Shown: positions 35,901-46,059 of the stretch, one piece after another
Position numbering within the stretch: the first letter of the stretch is position 1
How the letters are laid out: each line of letters starts with the position of its first letter
IMG/VR virus record: IMGVR_UViG_3300023235_000008
Coordinates: 124,001 to 188,000 of that record
DNA: 64,000 nt
Strand: one strand, 5' to 3'
Made by a program: the position numbers and the translations under genes
Notes under the pieces: model-generated
What the model saw: only the letters and a program-made list of their open reading frames with translations
Database searches by the model: none
Told to the model about the DNA's origin: nothing

Positions 35901-38900
35901 TAACTGCCTCAACTATTTGTCTAATCTCAGTGGTAGGTAGTTTATCAAACAATGAATTATCGAACGCCGAATTGTCAAAACCGATAACTTCAACCGTATT
36001 ATCATATAGTGAAGGAAGAAATTCAATAGTTCCATCTTCAACGACAACTTCTTCAAAACTTCCGTCTTCGTTAAATTGCACGATGCTTTCAACGCCCAGA
36101 TCGTTACTCTTAATCTTTACTAGCTCTCCCGCACTTAAAGTATCGGAAATAGCATTTAAGTCTTGTTCAGTCTCGACCGCAAATGTTACCACGGTGTTTT
36201 CATTAAATCCATCTGCATACCAAGTCGTTTTCTGCCAATAATTGTTGGTATCATATGCCTGAATGCGAGTTAAAATCCATGTATTATCGCTTTGTTTTTC
36301 ATATATTGACCATAAGTTATCATAATTTTCATCGCCCAAGACGAGAACCTTATATCCATTTGCGTAAATTGCAGGATTTAAATATGATAACTCAGCAAAA
36401 GTATCAACGCTTTCTGCCCAAGCACCACTGCGTTCACCGGGAATAGGGTCAGCCGATTCAATTCGGGATAGATCAAATTGATTAGCAATCTGATATTTTC
36501 CGAATACTTCATTACAGAATGTAACAAATAATTCCAATGCAGTGGTTCTATCAACAAACATTGTTTGGCGTGGACGATATAGAACACCATAGCGTTCAGC
36601 CACACTCAAGCCTCGCTGCGGCACTGAATCGCCATTGGAGTTCGTTGCTGCAAGACTGTCAACAAATTTGTTATAAATTTTATCAGCGATAACACTGGTC
36701 GAATCGCCTTCAGCCACTAACTGATATTCACTATGCAGAACGTTGCTGTTCTTAATAACATCATAATTTATATGGAGAACAGTGTTATTGTCTTCAATAT
36801 TTTCAGCGAGGTTATATGCAATAATTGAATTGCTTTTAATAACTGAAAGGAATTTTAACCCGTAAGTTTTTGGATTATCAATAATACGTGCGACTGTAGA
36901 AGAATCCAACTTGCGGAACCCAACATTAGGCGCACTTGTTTTATCTTTTACCCAGAAATAATATTTAGTTGTAGCAATTCCCGTGTTATTATTAAATGAC
37001 ACTCTTTCAGTATAACTAGAGTCATCTGCAAATTTAGGTGTTCCGTCGCCCGAATACACGCTCGGTAATGTGTTACTTTCTACCCATTCATAAACATCGG
37101 TCGATGAGCCGGGGAATTTAGCGGCCCATTGAGATGCACGATAGTCTAACTCACCTTGCTCATAATCTACGTATCGAACAGTAGATACATCCCACCATAG
37201 CTTACCAACGTGATTAATGCCCCAAGGTGAACGAGTATTAAGAATATTAGTCGTGATTGTATTAACATTATATGATGCGGGATCACGCTCGGTAGTATAT
37301 GCTAATTCTTGTTGAGCCAATCCAGATACCTTACCCTTTGCAGGATCAATCCAGTCAAGATACTCAATAATTTCGTTGTTTCGGCGACTATAAATGAATG
37401 CTTTGTTAAACAAACTTACATCAATCTTATCATCCTCGCCTCGAATATCTACCCATCCCTTATTAAGTGTTGGGTTTTCATACTCGTAAAATATACCAGA
37501 GTTTGTTAAGGTTGCTGTGTCATATTTCGGCGAACCGACAATAATCTTAGTATCACGTATATGAACAGAAGTGCCGAACTCATCGAACGATTCAATCGTT
37601 TCAGATTGTAACTGTTGCGTAAATCCAAACTGCGATGGATTATCGATGGTTTCATTCCAACTTGCCAATAAGTCATAAACATAAACCGCACCGCTTTGAA
37701 GTTCACGATCAAAGAAATACGTGCTATTATTATCAAACACTGTTGTCGCCAAATCATCAGCATCAACATCGAAACGTAATGTATTAATAGTAGATGCAAT
37801 CTTTGACCCAACAACAAGTGTATCACCAGCAGCATTTAAGTCTATTGCTAAACCAAAAGTTTCATTTTCTGCATTACGTGGATGTGAAATCTCCTGAATC
37901 TTAGTATAAGGCTCGATGCCAAGAGTTCCATACGTATTTCCCGTAAGTGGCATAACACGTAGTTTGTTATTTTCTATTTTACTTTCGGATACAATGGTTA
38001 ACCCATTGGTATCGGCAGCGGTAATGCCAGAAATACCTGCGTTATTAATATCAGAAACCAATGTGGTTAAGGTTGTTCCGGTCGTAGTAACCACAATGTC
38101 ATTGATTCTAATCTTGTCACCCGACGATATTGTTGGGCTTGATGTGCCTGTTACTGTTCCAAACTTCTTAGAACGATCCAAATACACAAAAACTGATCCC
38201 GTATTTGTCGTCACTCGGTCTTCGCCGGGGGAACCAATGGCAATCCAGTTGCCAGTAGTGTCGCTATTTATAACAACACTCGAACCATACAAATCAGAGT
38301 CGGTAGGATCGGTGCTTTGTAGTCGCTGAACTTGGACAAAGTTATTAACATCTATTTTCACAATAACATTTTCACTCGGTGCATTTCTAAACTCTACCGT
38401 ATTTCCAGTCAATGTATATTGACCGAACTGGGAATCATCCGATGTTAACGTCAAATCCACAGTATACGTTTGTATTTCATTATCAATATACACGCTTAAT
38501 GTGTTAACAGGCGGCAATGTTCCGCTAGGCGTAAATGTATCAGTCGTTCCGTCGCCGATGAAACTTTCTTTTGTTCTTTCGAATATATATGCAGCACCAG
38601 CGTTTGATAACACTGCGCTATCTGTGCCAAAGTATCTGCGATTAGGTGCGCCCGTCACTATAATAGTTCCGTCGCCATTCGTATCAATATTAGTTCCCAT
38701 AGCATCAGCCGCACGATCTTCGACATCAGCATTTCGTTCAATCGTTGAAATGTGGCGATACATTGGTATACGGCGCATAACATAATCGACACTATTTGTT
38801 AGTGTGAATGTGAAGTTTACTGTATTGCCAGAAACTGTAAAGTCTACATACGGAACAAGAATGCGTCCGTTACTATCAATAATTTGTAGATTGTCTTCGC

Positions 38901-41900
38901 TTTCTGGGAACCAGAATATAGACGCACTAGTTTTAATACCATCTCCGGCTTCAGTCTGAACAACTTCGTTTGATGATATAACGTCTTGCAGATTGTAAGC
39001 ATATATTTCACTACTGCCAGAAGCTCCGATATAAATCCATTTTTCGTCATTGCTAATAGCAACTGACTGACCGAACTTATCACCAGATGTTATGTTACTC
39101 GGACGCAATACCTGATTGATACTGAAAACGTTTCCAGTGCCTTTCTTATAGATAACCGCCATGCCTGTTTCAGAACTGGACAATGGCGCACCAACAACAA
39201 TATATTGCTCATCGCCAACATCCACACTTGTTCCAAAGCCATTAATACCAGTGACATCACTTGGATCAAATAATGCATTTTCAGTGAGGTCGTCGGTCGC
39301 TGTCTTAACGCAGTTTATTGCTTTACCTGTGCCGCTATTCGGAAGTCCTGCTACCGCCCATAGATTTTTTTCAGACGATGCAAAGCTTGTGCCGAGATTG
39401 TCATTACCAGATACGCCACCGTATGTAATATTATTACTGAAATCCCACGGAGATTGCTTCTCTAAGACTTGCCATTTACCATCGGCGTCATTTTCAAGCC
39501 ACACTTTTTCTTTAGTCTGCCATCCGTATATTGGATTAAATGATGCGATATCTTTCGGCTCATCATATTTAATAGATTCAAGCGTGAACAATAGTCCATC
39601 AATATTTTCTAAGTCTATTCCGCTTGCATCTACCGTAACAACAAATTCCACATTCGATACAATACTGTCTACACGATAGAATCCATCTACCGAAGAAGTA
39701 TTACGCATTACAACAAAATCATTCGTTGTTAAGTTGTGTGATTTTGATGTTGTTACTTTAATCTGGTTATCCAGAATATCGATCACATTAGTAACCCTAT
39801 TAGCTGTTTCGGAAACACGATAAACATCCCATACACCAGCGGTATTTCGGGCGGTCCATATCGTATATCCAGAACCGACAAACTCCGCATTCAAATCAGC
39901 AACATTGGCGATATCGAAAATGGTTACATCAATGTCTGAAAGACGAGGGAATCCAGCATACGTTATATCTTTCTTAGTATCAGTGCTGCCTGAACGGGTC
40001 GTAAACATATCCTTCGAATATTCATTAGGGGTTTTGTATAAGTCGTCTTCAATATAACTAATGTGCTGCGGGCGTGTATCACCATTGTCTAAAAATTCAA
40101 TAAGTTCTGGGTTAGAAACAAACTCATTCTCGTTAAGTTCAATTTCAATAACTTGGTTGGCATCAATCGCACCATATTCACCAACACGAAATCCCCATTC
40201 TTCGAAGAAATTAATATCGGAATCTTGGTTGTCAAGCTGGGCACGAATTAGTTTATCGATAGATGACGCCGTTCCTTTTTGTTTAATCATTCCCTGATAA
40301 AACTTAACCTGTGAAACATCATCGAGTTCTAGATTTTCAAGATAGTCTCGTTTTTGGTATCCGATAAGACCCTTACCGTATCTATCAAAGATTCCTTCGT
40401 TGTTAACGGAATCCATATTATAAAAATCACCAAAAATAGATGCAGCCGTATCAAGGTTAGGTCTTAACCCAGTCTTTATATTATCAGCAATGCGCCAAAA
40501 CTCTTGTTCAAATGTCTGTCTAGCATCTTGTGCCTTGATAGCAACCCACGTTTTCTTACGGAAGATTGCGAAATCGCCTCGCTTATAATCAACGCCCGGT
40601 GACCACGTTTTAGTAACAGGTTGATTGAAAATATATCCCGGTGCCTGAAATGATCCATCCCAGTTACTCGTCTTTGTACCGATAAGCTTTAAACGGAATT
40701 GACGTGAACCCAACTCTGGAAGATAGATAATGTCATTGAATACTGTGCGATTATTGAAAACAATCGTGTGTTCATATTGGACAGGATTAACTTCAAGTAA
40801 GTAAATAGGTCCAGCCGTATCGGTTGCTTGAACTGTAAATAAGTTATCAATACGCGATACTTTAAGTTGGGTGAATCGAATAGGCTTCAAGTTTTGATTC
40901 AATACTTTATACTGAAGTCCATCGCCGGCAAGATCATCAGGAACTGTTCCGAATAAATTAAACGTCACTTTATCGGATACGGGGTTAAGCGTAATAGTTG
41001 CACCGTTTTCCCAACCCTGCGATTGCCAGAAAAGGTATTCTTTTGCAGACAAAATCCAGTCTTTGGATAATGCACCATTCGTTTCTTCTAGTTGTTCATT
41101 AAATACAAACCCACGTAATTCTAAATATCGCTGATACGATACAAAGAAATCAACTACCTGCTGTGTGTTAGTAAATTCTGTGTTGTACGGTACACGAATT
41201 ACTTCATTGCGGAAATCGTTATAAACGATGGCTCGCACACCGCCGGTATTAATCTGATAGTTATTATCGGTAATGCTACTCGGAATAATATCAAAGTATG
41301 GATTCTCGATATCGTAGCCACGAACTGCCCAACCGTTATTTGTTTTTTCAATGATAACACCGCTCAATGATACCCTCGCTATCGGGGCAGATTTTGTCAG
41401 TTCAATATCGAAGTCATCGTCTGGCACAAATATGCCTTTGTTTGTTGAAGTCGGCGAAACCTGTTCAGCCAGAACTTTCAAGAAACGCTTGTCAGTATAT
41501 CCACCCACTCGATAAACAAGCTGAAGTTCAAGTGCACGAATAACTTTAATAATGTTATCTAACGAAACGTTTTTATGTCTTGCCCAATCTGATACAAACT
41601 GCGAAATACCATTCACTCGATTGACAGTTCCATTAGTTTCTGTTCCGTGAAGAACGATATCTGAACTAGTAATGCGCTTCAATGTATGACGATCAACAAT
41701 CTGATCAAGCGATTTATCACGAACAATATTACCAGAATCGAAACGGGTGGCTGCAAATTTACTTGGTCGTGTCAATGCAGATAGTTTCATTATCGCATAT
41801 GGATACTCACTTGATCTTCTCCAAGCCGCTTCGGCTGGACCAACATCGCCAAATACAAAGCTTTCCTCGACATAGGTGGTATTGTATGCACCTACGACTG

Positions 41901-44900
41901 ATTGTAACGGATCGGCAAGATTACCAGTGGCATCTACGGGTATAAAGCTTTTCAAATCAGGTCGGACGAAATCTGCTAAAATAGTAAAGTCGGTGCCCGC
42001 AACATCTTGATATAGCTTTCCATCACGTAGGTCTTCCCACATAACTTCGTTGCCCTTTGTGTAAGGCGCAATACCGTAACGATCATCCCACCAAGTAGGC
42101 TTTTCGCTTTGCCCCAGCATTTCCCAAGGGTGACTATGTGGGCGGTCAGTATCGTAGAAATAACGATAAATTCCACGCCAGTGACCCGGTAACAAATCAC
42201 CATCTATTTTATCTTGAAAATTAGACCAATTCCACGTAAACTTGTCAGCAACGTCAAATCCAATTTGTGCCGAGTAATCAACCTTATTGACAATCGCCCA
42301 ATTTAAGAAACCAAGACTTAAAATACTATCAACTTCTTCACGAGTATAATCACTGTCACGGAATTTACCGGGAAGAAGTTCATTGACATCGAATACATCT
42401 GTGGTATAAGTTGTCTTAATATTGTTATAAATTCTTTTTTCAAATTCAAGTATAATGTCGTCGCGACTATCGTTGAATGCCACAAAAATACTACCATCGT
42501 GTCCTTGGATAACTGTCTTCGGCGTGCGGTATGTATCGTCAGTGTAAATCTCTGGTCTAAACTTCGGATATAACCCCATTTTTGTAGGCGTAGGCGGAAT
42601 AAAACTTCCGTCCGTATTTGAATAATCAATAATCTCAATGATATCGTCTACTGCCAACACAAATCCATCATCAAAGGTAATATTTGCGCCAACGGTATCA
42701 AATACAAAATCCGTGCCAACATAAATCTGAACACCGTTATGATATACTAATACAGAGCGATTGCTGATATCATTGATATCAAAGAATAGTCCGTAGTCAT
42801 ATGTTCTAATATCTGGGTTCTCGATTGCATATATAGCAGTCGCGGCATCTTCACCATATCCAAGCATATCACTATAAAAGAACGGGAATGTTTCCGATTT
42901 GCCAATTTTTAGTTCATTGATAACTGCATCCAGTGCGGCGGGGATATCATCAAAATTTAAATCCATCGTGCTAATAGCATCATATAATTTTTGTTTATAC
43001 TTACTATATTCACGGCGGGAATAATCAATTGATCTGATTATACTCGAATCATGAACGTGGGTATTGTTATCCTTATTAATACTGCCGTTGTTTAGCAGAA
43101 ATGCGCCTAAATGTGCGCCCGCACTATGCTGAAGAATATTACCAGCATAACTTTTTAAATTAGTAACATCACGCAGATTACTATTACCCGGCGAATTACC
43201 AAAGAATGTAGTTGAGTTATTACTAGCGATGGTAATGTGATTGCGGATTTGTCCAAGTGTAAGCGTAGTAAACTCGGTGTTTGTTGCGTTATTTTCCAAG
43301 TTTGATGGAATTTCATAGTAACCGAAATCAGGCTGAACATCAGAATATGCACGAATAACAATGTAATCATCCACGTCAGCCGGTGCAGCTAATACAACAA
43401 AAAAGTTCCCATCCTGCTCCAACGTAGTATATTCAGGTTCAATAAAGTTAGTGACATTTTGTGTAGTATCACGTTTCAGTAGTTTGCTATTTTTATATAC
43501 GAATAGATTAACCACATCGTTCTCATTCTTAGGAATGGTGGGTGATTGAAATACCTGTGTCTCATCGGCAGTTACGAGGTATTCCTGAATAGAGAACTGG
43601 CGGGTATTTCTATTAACTTTCGTCCAGTCGTTCTTGATTTCATCCGTATCTCTGTCAATAATTTTATGAACAAAGCCATCATTAATCTTGGTTGTTTCAA
43701 TAATATTGCTTGGTGAATAAGTGAACGCATCACGAACGTAGTTGTTTTCAAAAATTATATCGCCGACATTTTCGAAGTTTTTGTAGCTTAATCCAAATCC
43801 AAGAACAGGGTCTTCCACTGCGGCTGGCTGTTGCTGATAGCTAAACAATCTAGTTCCAGTGAAACCTGTTCCAAAATATACGCTTTCATCACCAAAACTA
43901 TTTCCAGACGTATCGAAAATATCGAAATATGGGGTTTGATTAATATTGGTTTTTTGCTGGGATTCTAACCACACATCATCATTATAATAAAACACAATAC
44001 CCTGTCTTGTGGCACCATTGGAAATAAGAATAACATCGTCGTTGGTGGCATCACCAACTTCTGTCAAATGAAGTTGAAATTCATCGTCTGAATCAGTATC
44101 AATAAAGGATACCTCATATATTTTACTACGCACCAATGGATCACGGTCAGCACCAAAGATAACGGTTGTTCCACCTAATAACGGAATACCATCCACGAAG
44201 TAACCTGACTGACCTTCAACATTTGACAATGCATCAATCTGCGTTTCGTCAAATACATTAACAACTCGATTAAAAATCTTACCATAGTTGAATAGTTGTA
44301 AATCTGGTTCAAATTCAATGATAGGACGATTAGCTCGTTTGTCTTGATCGACAATAAAATTAAAGTCATTATATGCAGCTGTTTTTTCAATCACATCAAT
44401 GTGGAACCAACGGTTTGAACGTGACCAAGCATTGCGGTCAACGGATGAACGATTTATTGTGAAATAATCAACCTCTAGTGGCGCATTAGCAGAGCCAGCC
44501 CAACCAGCACTGTCAAACGTTTCTGTATCAAATCCTTCTTCTTCGGTGGTCGTAAACGGCTCTGGAACAACCAAATCATCCACTGATACTAATCGAATGC
44601 CTCCTGTTTGACCGACTCCTTCTACGTAATATTCGTTACCCGCATATGAAACTGGGGTGACATCACTATTAAAATCAATCTTCATTCCATTCGTAAGTTC
44701 TACAGCATTTGGTGAAATATACTCGTTGCGTCCAATGATATCTTCGTCCACATTAATCGCAGGGACTTCATCCTGCTCAACCACATCAATAATACCGAAA
44801 CGCAACGGGTCAATGCCATCAGCATAAAAGAAGCGGGTTAATGGCGCAGTGATTACGGGAACAAGTTCAAGTTGCTGAACTGCATTTTTCCAAAGTTCTT

Positions 44901-46059
44901 TATTGCCAAATTCGCTACCTTTAAGAATAAAAATCTTTTCATCCTGCGGTATATTCAGAACACGAACAACAGTCATAATATCATTGGCATCAATGCTTAT
45001 TCTGTAAACGTCGTGTCGGTCTTCTAGGGAAATCGTATTTGTAGGATCAAAGGTACTTCCGTTAGCATCAAAGCCAACACCCTGCGTATCAAATAGTCCG
45101 CCCGCTTCCCAAATCTCTTCGTTTTGGTTTTCGTCAACATTATAAAAAACGATAGTAGCATTTTCAATTTCACGCTGATCAGTAATACCGTCAATACCAT
45201 CAGGATTATTAGCAATGAACGTAGTGAATACTTGGTTATGTATTTCTGTATAAGAAAAGCGAGTTGCAAAATCAACGTCATCGGTTTTTGTCATTCCAAT
45301 CCATTTATTTTGCGCATTTGCTGCTGGTACATTAAACGTTACTACGCCCACATCCTCGCCATTATTTTCAATACCTAGAATGTCACGGGTCGAAATGTTA
45401 TCTTGGATGTCTTTAAGACCATCTAATCCCGGCTCAGTCTGAATATAAAATGGAAACCCAAGTTGATCTACTGTGAACGTATATGAACCACCACGTGCAA
45501 TCTTAATAGTAGGGTTATTAACCGAGTTGCGATCATTTATAAAATACGAAGGTTCAATATCCACACGAGTTATGTCAAAATTTTCTTCGGAATCAATAAC
45601 GGAACTGAATACAGGAATAGAATCGGGTCCATTTGGTAACCAATAATATTGTGAAAAGTTAACAAACTTATCAAAATCAAAGAATGAAGACCAAGAATAA
45701 TATTCATTTTCAAATAGACGGTCGTGATTATTAGTATCACCGCCTTCTGCCTCAATGGCGTTGACCATATCAACATAATTTGTCAAAAACTCAACACGAT
45801 CACCACTCGTACCAGTTTCTGGAATTTCTTTAAATACTACACCCGGCTCAAGTTGATAATTCTGACGAGTATCAGATACTTCATTTACGTATTGGTCACC
45901 CGCAGAGAAAGACGGTGCAAATTTTCTACCGACAAAGGCATTAATCTTTTCTTGAACACTAGGTGTTACAAGTTGGTCAATGGTTGCATTAAGAAATTTC
46001 TCGTTTTTTTCAGTTCTGAAAATCTCAGGTAATAATCCGATGGTTTTACGCAAAGCCAT
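32956..46059 (-). CDS. Giant (4367 aa) baseplate wedge/tail-associated structural protein
   Basis: RQNYQLEP, DKFVNFSQYYW, FG-x-SV propeller-like repeats, GDG-x-T-x-x-F repeats, KPYRT, LRRGTQGT; follows the gp6-like gene. Confidence 0.8.
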   Translation of the reverse strand: MALRKTIGLLPEIFRTEKNEKFLNATIDQLVTPSVQEKINAFVGRKFAPSFSAGDQYVNEVSDTRQNYQLEPGVVFKEIPETGTSGDRVEFLTNYVDMVNAIEAEGGDTNNHDRLFENEYYSWSSFFDFDKFVNFSQYYWLPNGPDSIPVFSSVIDSEENFDITRVDIEPSYFINDRNSVNNPTIKIARGGSYTFTVDQLGFPFYIQTEPGLDGLKDIQDNISTRDILGIENNGEDVGVVTFNVPAANAQNKWIGMTKTDDVDFATRFSYTEIHNQVFTTFIANNPDGIDGITDQREIENATIVFYNVDENQNEEIWEAGGLFDTQGVGFDANGSTFDPTNTISLEDRHDVYRISIDANDIMTVVRVLNIPQDEKIFILKGSEFGNKELWKNAVQQLELVPVITAPLTRFFYADGIDPLRFGIIDVVEQDEVPAINVDEDIIGRNEYISPNAVELTNGMKIDFNSDVTPVSYAGNEYYVEGVGQTGGIRLVSVDDLVVPEPFTTTEEEGFDTETFDSAGWAGSANAPLEVDYFTINRSSVDRNAWSRSNRWFHIDVIEKTAAYNDFNFIVDQDKRANRPIIEFEPDLQLFNYGKIFNRVVNVFDETQIDALSNVEGQSGYFVDGIPLLGGTTVIFGADRDPLVRSKIYEVSFIDTDSDDEFQLHLTEVGDATNDDVILISNGATRQGIVFYYNDDVWLESQQKTNINQTPYFDIFDTSGNSFGDESVYFGTGFTGTRLFSYQQQPAAVEDPVLGFGLSYKNFENVGDIIFENNYVRDAFTYSPSNIIETTKINDGFVHKIIDRDTDEIKNDWTKVNRNTRQFSIQEYLVTADETQVFQSPTIPKNENDVVNLFVYKNSKLLKRDTTQNVTNFIEPEYTTLEQDGNFFVVLAAPADVDDYIVIRAYSDVQPDFGYYEIPSNLENNATNTEFTTLTLGQIRNHITIASNNSTTFFGNSPGNSNLRDVTNLKSYAGNILQHSAGAHLGAFLLNNGSINKDNNTHVHDSSIIRSIDYSRREYSKYKQKLYDAISTMDLNFDDIPAALDAVINELKIGKSETFPFFYSDMLGYGEDAATAIYAIENPDIRTYDYGLFFDINDISNRSVLVYHNGVQIYVGTDFVFDTVGANITFDDGFVLAVDDIIEIIDYSNTDGSFIPPTPTKMGLYPKFRPEIYTDDTYRTPKTVIQGHDGSIFVAFNDSRDDIILEFEKRIYNNIKTTYTTDVFDVNELLPGKFRDSDYTREEVDSILSLGFLNWAIVNKVDYSAQIGFDVADKFTWNWSNFQDKIDGDLLPGHWRGIYRYFYDTDRPHSHPWEMLGQSEKPTWWDDRYGIAPYTKGNEVMWEDLRDGKLYQDVAGTDFTILADFVRPDLKSFIPVDATGNLADPLQSVVGAYNTTYVEESFVFGDVGPAEAAWRRSSEYPYAIMKLSALTRPSKFAATRFDSGNIVRDKSLDQIVDRHTLKRITSSDIVLHGTETNGTVNRVNGISQFVSDWARHKNVSLDNIIKVIRALELQLVYRVGGYTDKRFLKVLAEQVSPTSTNKGIFVPDDDFDIELTKSAPIARVSLSGVIIEKTNNGWAVRGYDIENPYFDIIPSSITDNNYQINTGGVRAIVYNDFRNEVIRVPYNTEFTNTQQVVDFFVSYQRYLELRGFVFNEQLEETNGALSKDWILSAKEYLFWQSQGWENGATITLNPVSDKVTFNLFGTVPDDLAGDGLQYKVLNQNLKPIRFTQLKVSRIDNLFTVQATDTAGPIYLLEVNPVQYEHTIVFNNRTVFNDIIYLPELGSRQFRLKLIGTKTSNWDGSFQAPGYIFNQPVTKTWSPGVDYKRGDFAIFRKKTWVAIKAQDARQTFEQEFWRIADNIKTGLRPNLDTAASIFGDFYNMDSVNNEGIFDRYGKGLIGYQKRDYLENLELDDVSQVKFYQGMIKQKGTASSIDKLIRAQLDNQDSDINFFEEWGFRVGEYGAIDANQVIEIELNENEFVSNPELIEFLDNGDTRPQHISYIEDDLYKTPNEYSKDMFTTRSGSTDTKKDITYAGFPRLSDIDVTIFDIANVADLNAEFVGSGYTIWTARNTAGVWDVYRVSETANRVTNVIDILDNQIKVTTSKSHNLTTNDFVVMRNTSSVDGFYRVDSIVSNVEFVVTVDASGIDLENIDGLLFTLESIKYDEPKDIASFNPIYGWQTKEKVWLENDADGKWQVLEKQSPWDFSNNITYGGVSGNDNLGTSFASSEKNLWAVAGLPNSGTGKAINCVKTATDDLTENALFDPSDVTGINGFGTSVDVGDEQYIVVGAPLSSSETGMAVIYKKGTGNVFSINQVLRPSNITSGDKFGQSVAISNDEKWIYIGASGSSEIYAYNLQDVISSNEVVQTEAGDGIKTSASIFWFPESEDNLQIIDSNGRILVPYVDFTVSGNTVNFTFTLTNSVDYVMRRIPMYRHISTIERNADVEDRAADAMGTNIDTNGDGTIIVTGAPNRRYFGTDSAVLSNAGAAYIFERTKESFIGDGTTDTFTPSGTLPPVNTLSVYIDNEIQTYTVDLTLTSDDSQFGQYTLTGNTVEFRNAPSENVIVKIDVNNFVQVQRLQSTDPTDSDLYGSSVVINSDTTGNWIAIGSPGEDRVTTNTGSVFVYLDRSKKFGTVTGTSSPTISSGDKIRINDIVVTTTGTTLTTLVSDINNAGISGITAADTNGLTIVSESKIENNKLRVMPLTGNTYGTLGIEPYTKIQEISHPRNAENETFGLAIDLNAAGDTLVVGSKIASTINTLRFDVDADDLATTVFDNNSTYFFDRELQSGAVYVYDLLASWNETIDNPSQFGFTQQLQSETIESFDEFGTSVHIRDTKIIVGSPKYDTATLTNSGIFYEYENPTLNKGWVDIRGEDDKIDVSLFNKAFIYSRRNNEIIEYLDWIDPAKGKVSGLAQQELAYTTERDPASYNVNTITTNILNTRSPWGINHVGKLWWDVSTVRYVDYEQGELDYRASQWAAKFPGSSTDVYEWVESNTLPSVYSGDGTPKFADDSSYTERVSFNNNTGIATTKYYFWVKDKTSAPNVGFRKLDSSTVARIIDNPKTYGLKFLSVIKSNSIIAYNLAENIEDNNTVLHINYDVIKNSNVLHSEYQLVAEGDSTSVIADKIYNKFVDSLAATNSNGDSVPQRGLSVAERYGVLYRPRQTMFVDRTTALELFVTFCNEVFGKYQIANQFDLSRIESADPIPGERSGAWAESVDTFAELSYLNPAIYANGYKVLVLGDENYDNLWSIYEKQSDNTWILTRIQAYDTNNYWQKTTWYADGFNENTVVTFAVETEQDLNAISDTLSAGELVKIKSNDLGVESIVQFNEDGSFEEVVVEDGTIEFLPSLYDNTVEVIGFDNSAFDNSLFDKLPTTEIRQIVEAVKNDIFVEDIRVEWNRLWFTMVEYLLTEQPYADWLIKTSFIKVVQKLRGLDQYPSYQRDNQDYISDYIAEAKPYRTNVREYILEYTKDDPWNGDVTDFDVHSYFDSDLGYYRKPSGEKASDFALWEQGLNVPWGDNYGYSVGSTILLNSGIGYTIPPVLTVTGGGGSGAIIEAKTNGSVITQLTVINEGNGYTTTPTVEIDGVGTGLEIYLQLTNGKVREFDSILKFDRIAYSSDIVEWEANTAYTAAQIISYLGEAYEVVADYTSSATFDASNLTVYADGDFTSAADRIAAYYTPTEGMIGNDITQLQIGTDYPGVRVYGPDFNANPGFDVGAFDVEEFDAFEIDENGIAVISGASSIDSIIRSTYSDAALGVAPEDIDIVGGKYIDVYNSHSPEEFVPGIMFDTLDLKVFTLPGQDQEFDGNAARIYTEFHVSDGSTASFGYKGSSSVEDVDNIFVWTALGGVQYQDIDFTVDYTNGIVTFVSVPVSNDTIYIYSFSNTGENPVAEKSFTADGITDTFTVPIDPDVVEQGYVLVDGVRSLNPNIVVNGNFIDVVLSSTPTAGQHVHIVLYDVDPDVRQAFSEVTEQLETSDGSTRVITLDNTSLYAKPFEANMIVEVNGSRLRPANAVYYSGDGNTITFNVPTSAQETQALVQNSDIIVGIYDQSVDQYRNLVAGQDYTTNAYDGSSIRSITFIGDDSAARTPTTQDTVVIGITTDAEYTVSSDGTTLTIDAGVTLAADDIIRIVQFANHDPQRIQTNVFKGVGTEQRFTLDRPVTNTDYLWVTVDGTKLHSAVDYSVLGSEIIIADSTTLTASSIIVVSGFSEKISQPSTGFRIFNDMLGNTEYYRITQDNTTTLVQEFTLEDDVIYVENATSLAPPDTDSGVPGFLMIAGERITYWERDTDANTVSRLRRGTQGTGAKSVHALGSNVFDVSGQQIPGNTHTQVWYTSGDGTAADGQGLQNSSTLQAQYLVAKRTLLAE

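Noticed and set aside
32956-46059. Intein or intron explaining the giant ORF
   Set aside because: No intein splice-junction or LAGLIDADG motifs noticed by eye, and the frame is uninterrupted.
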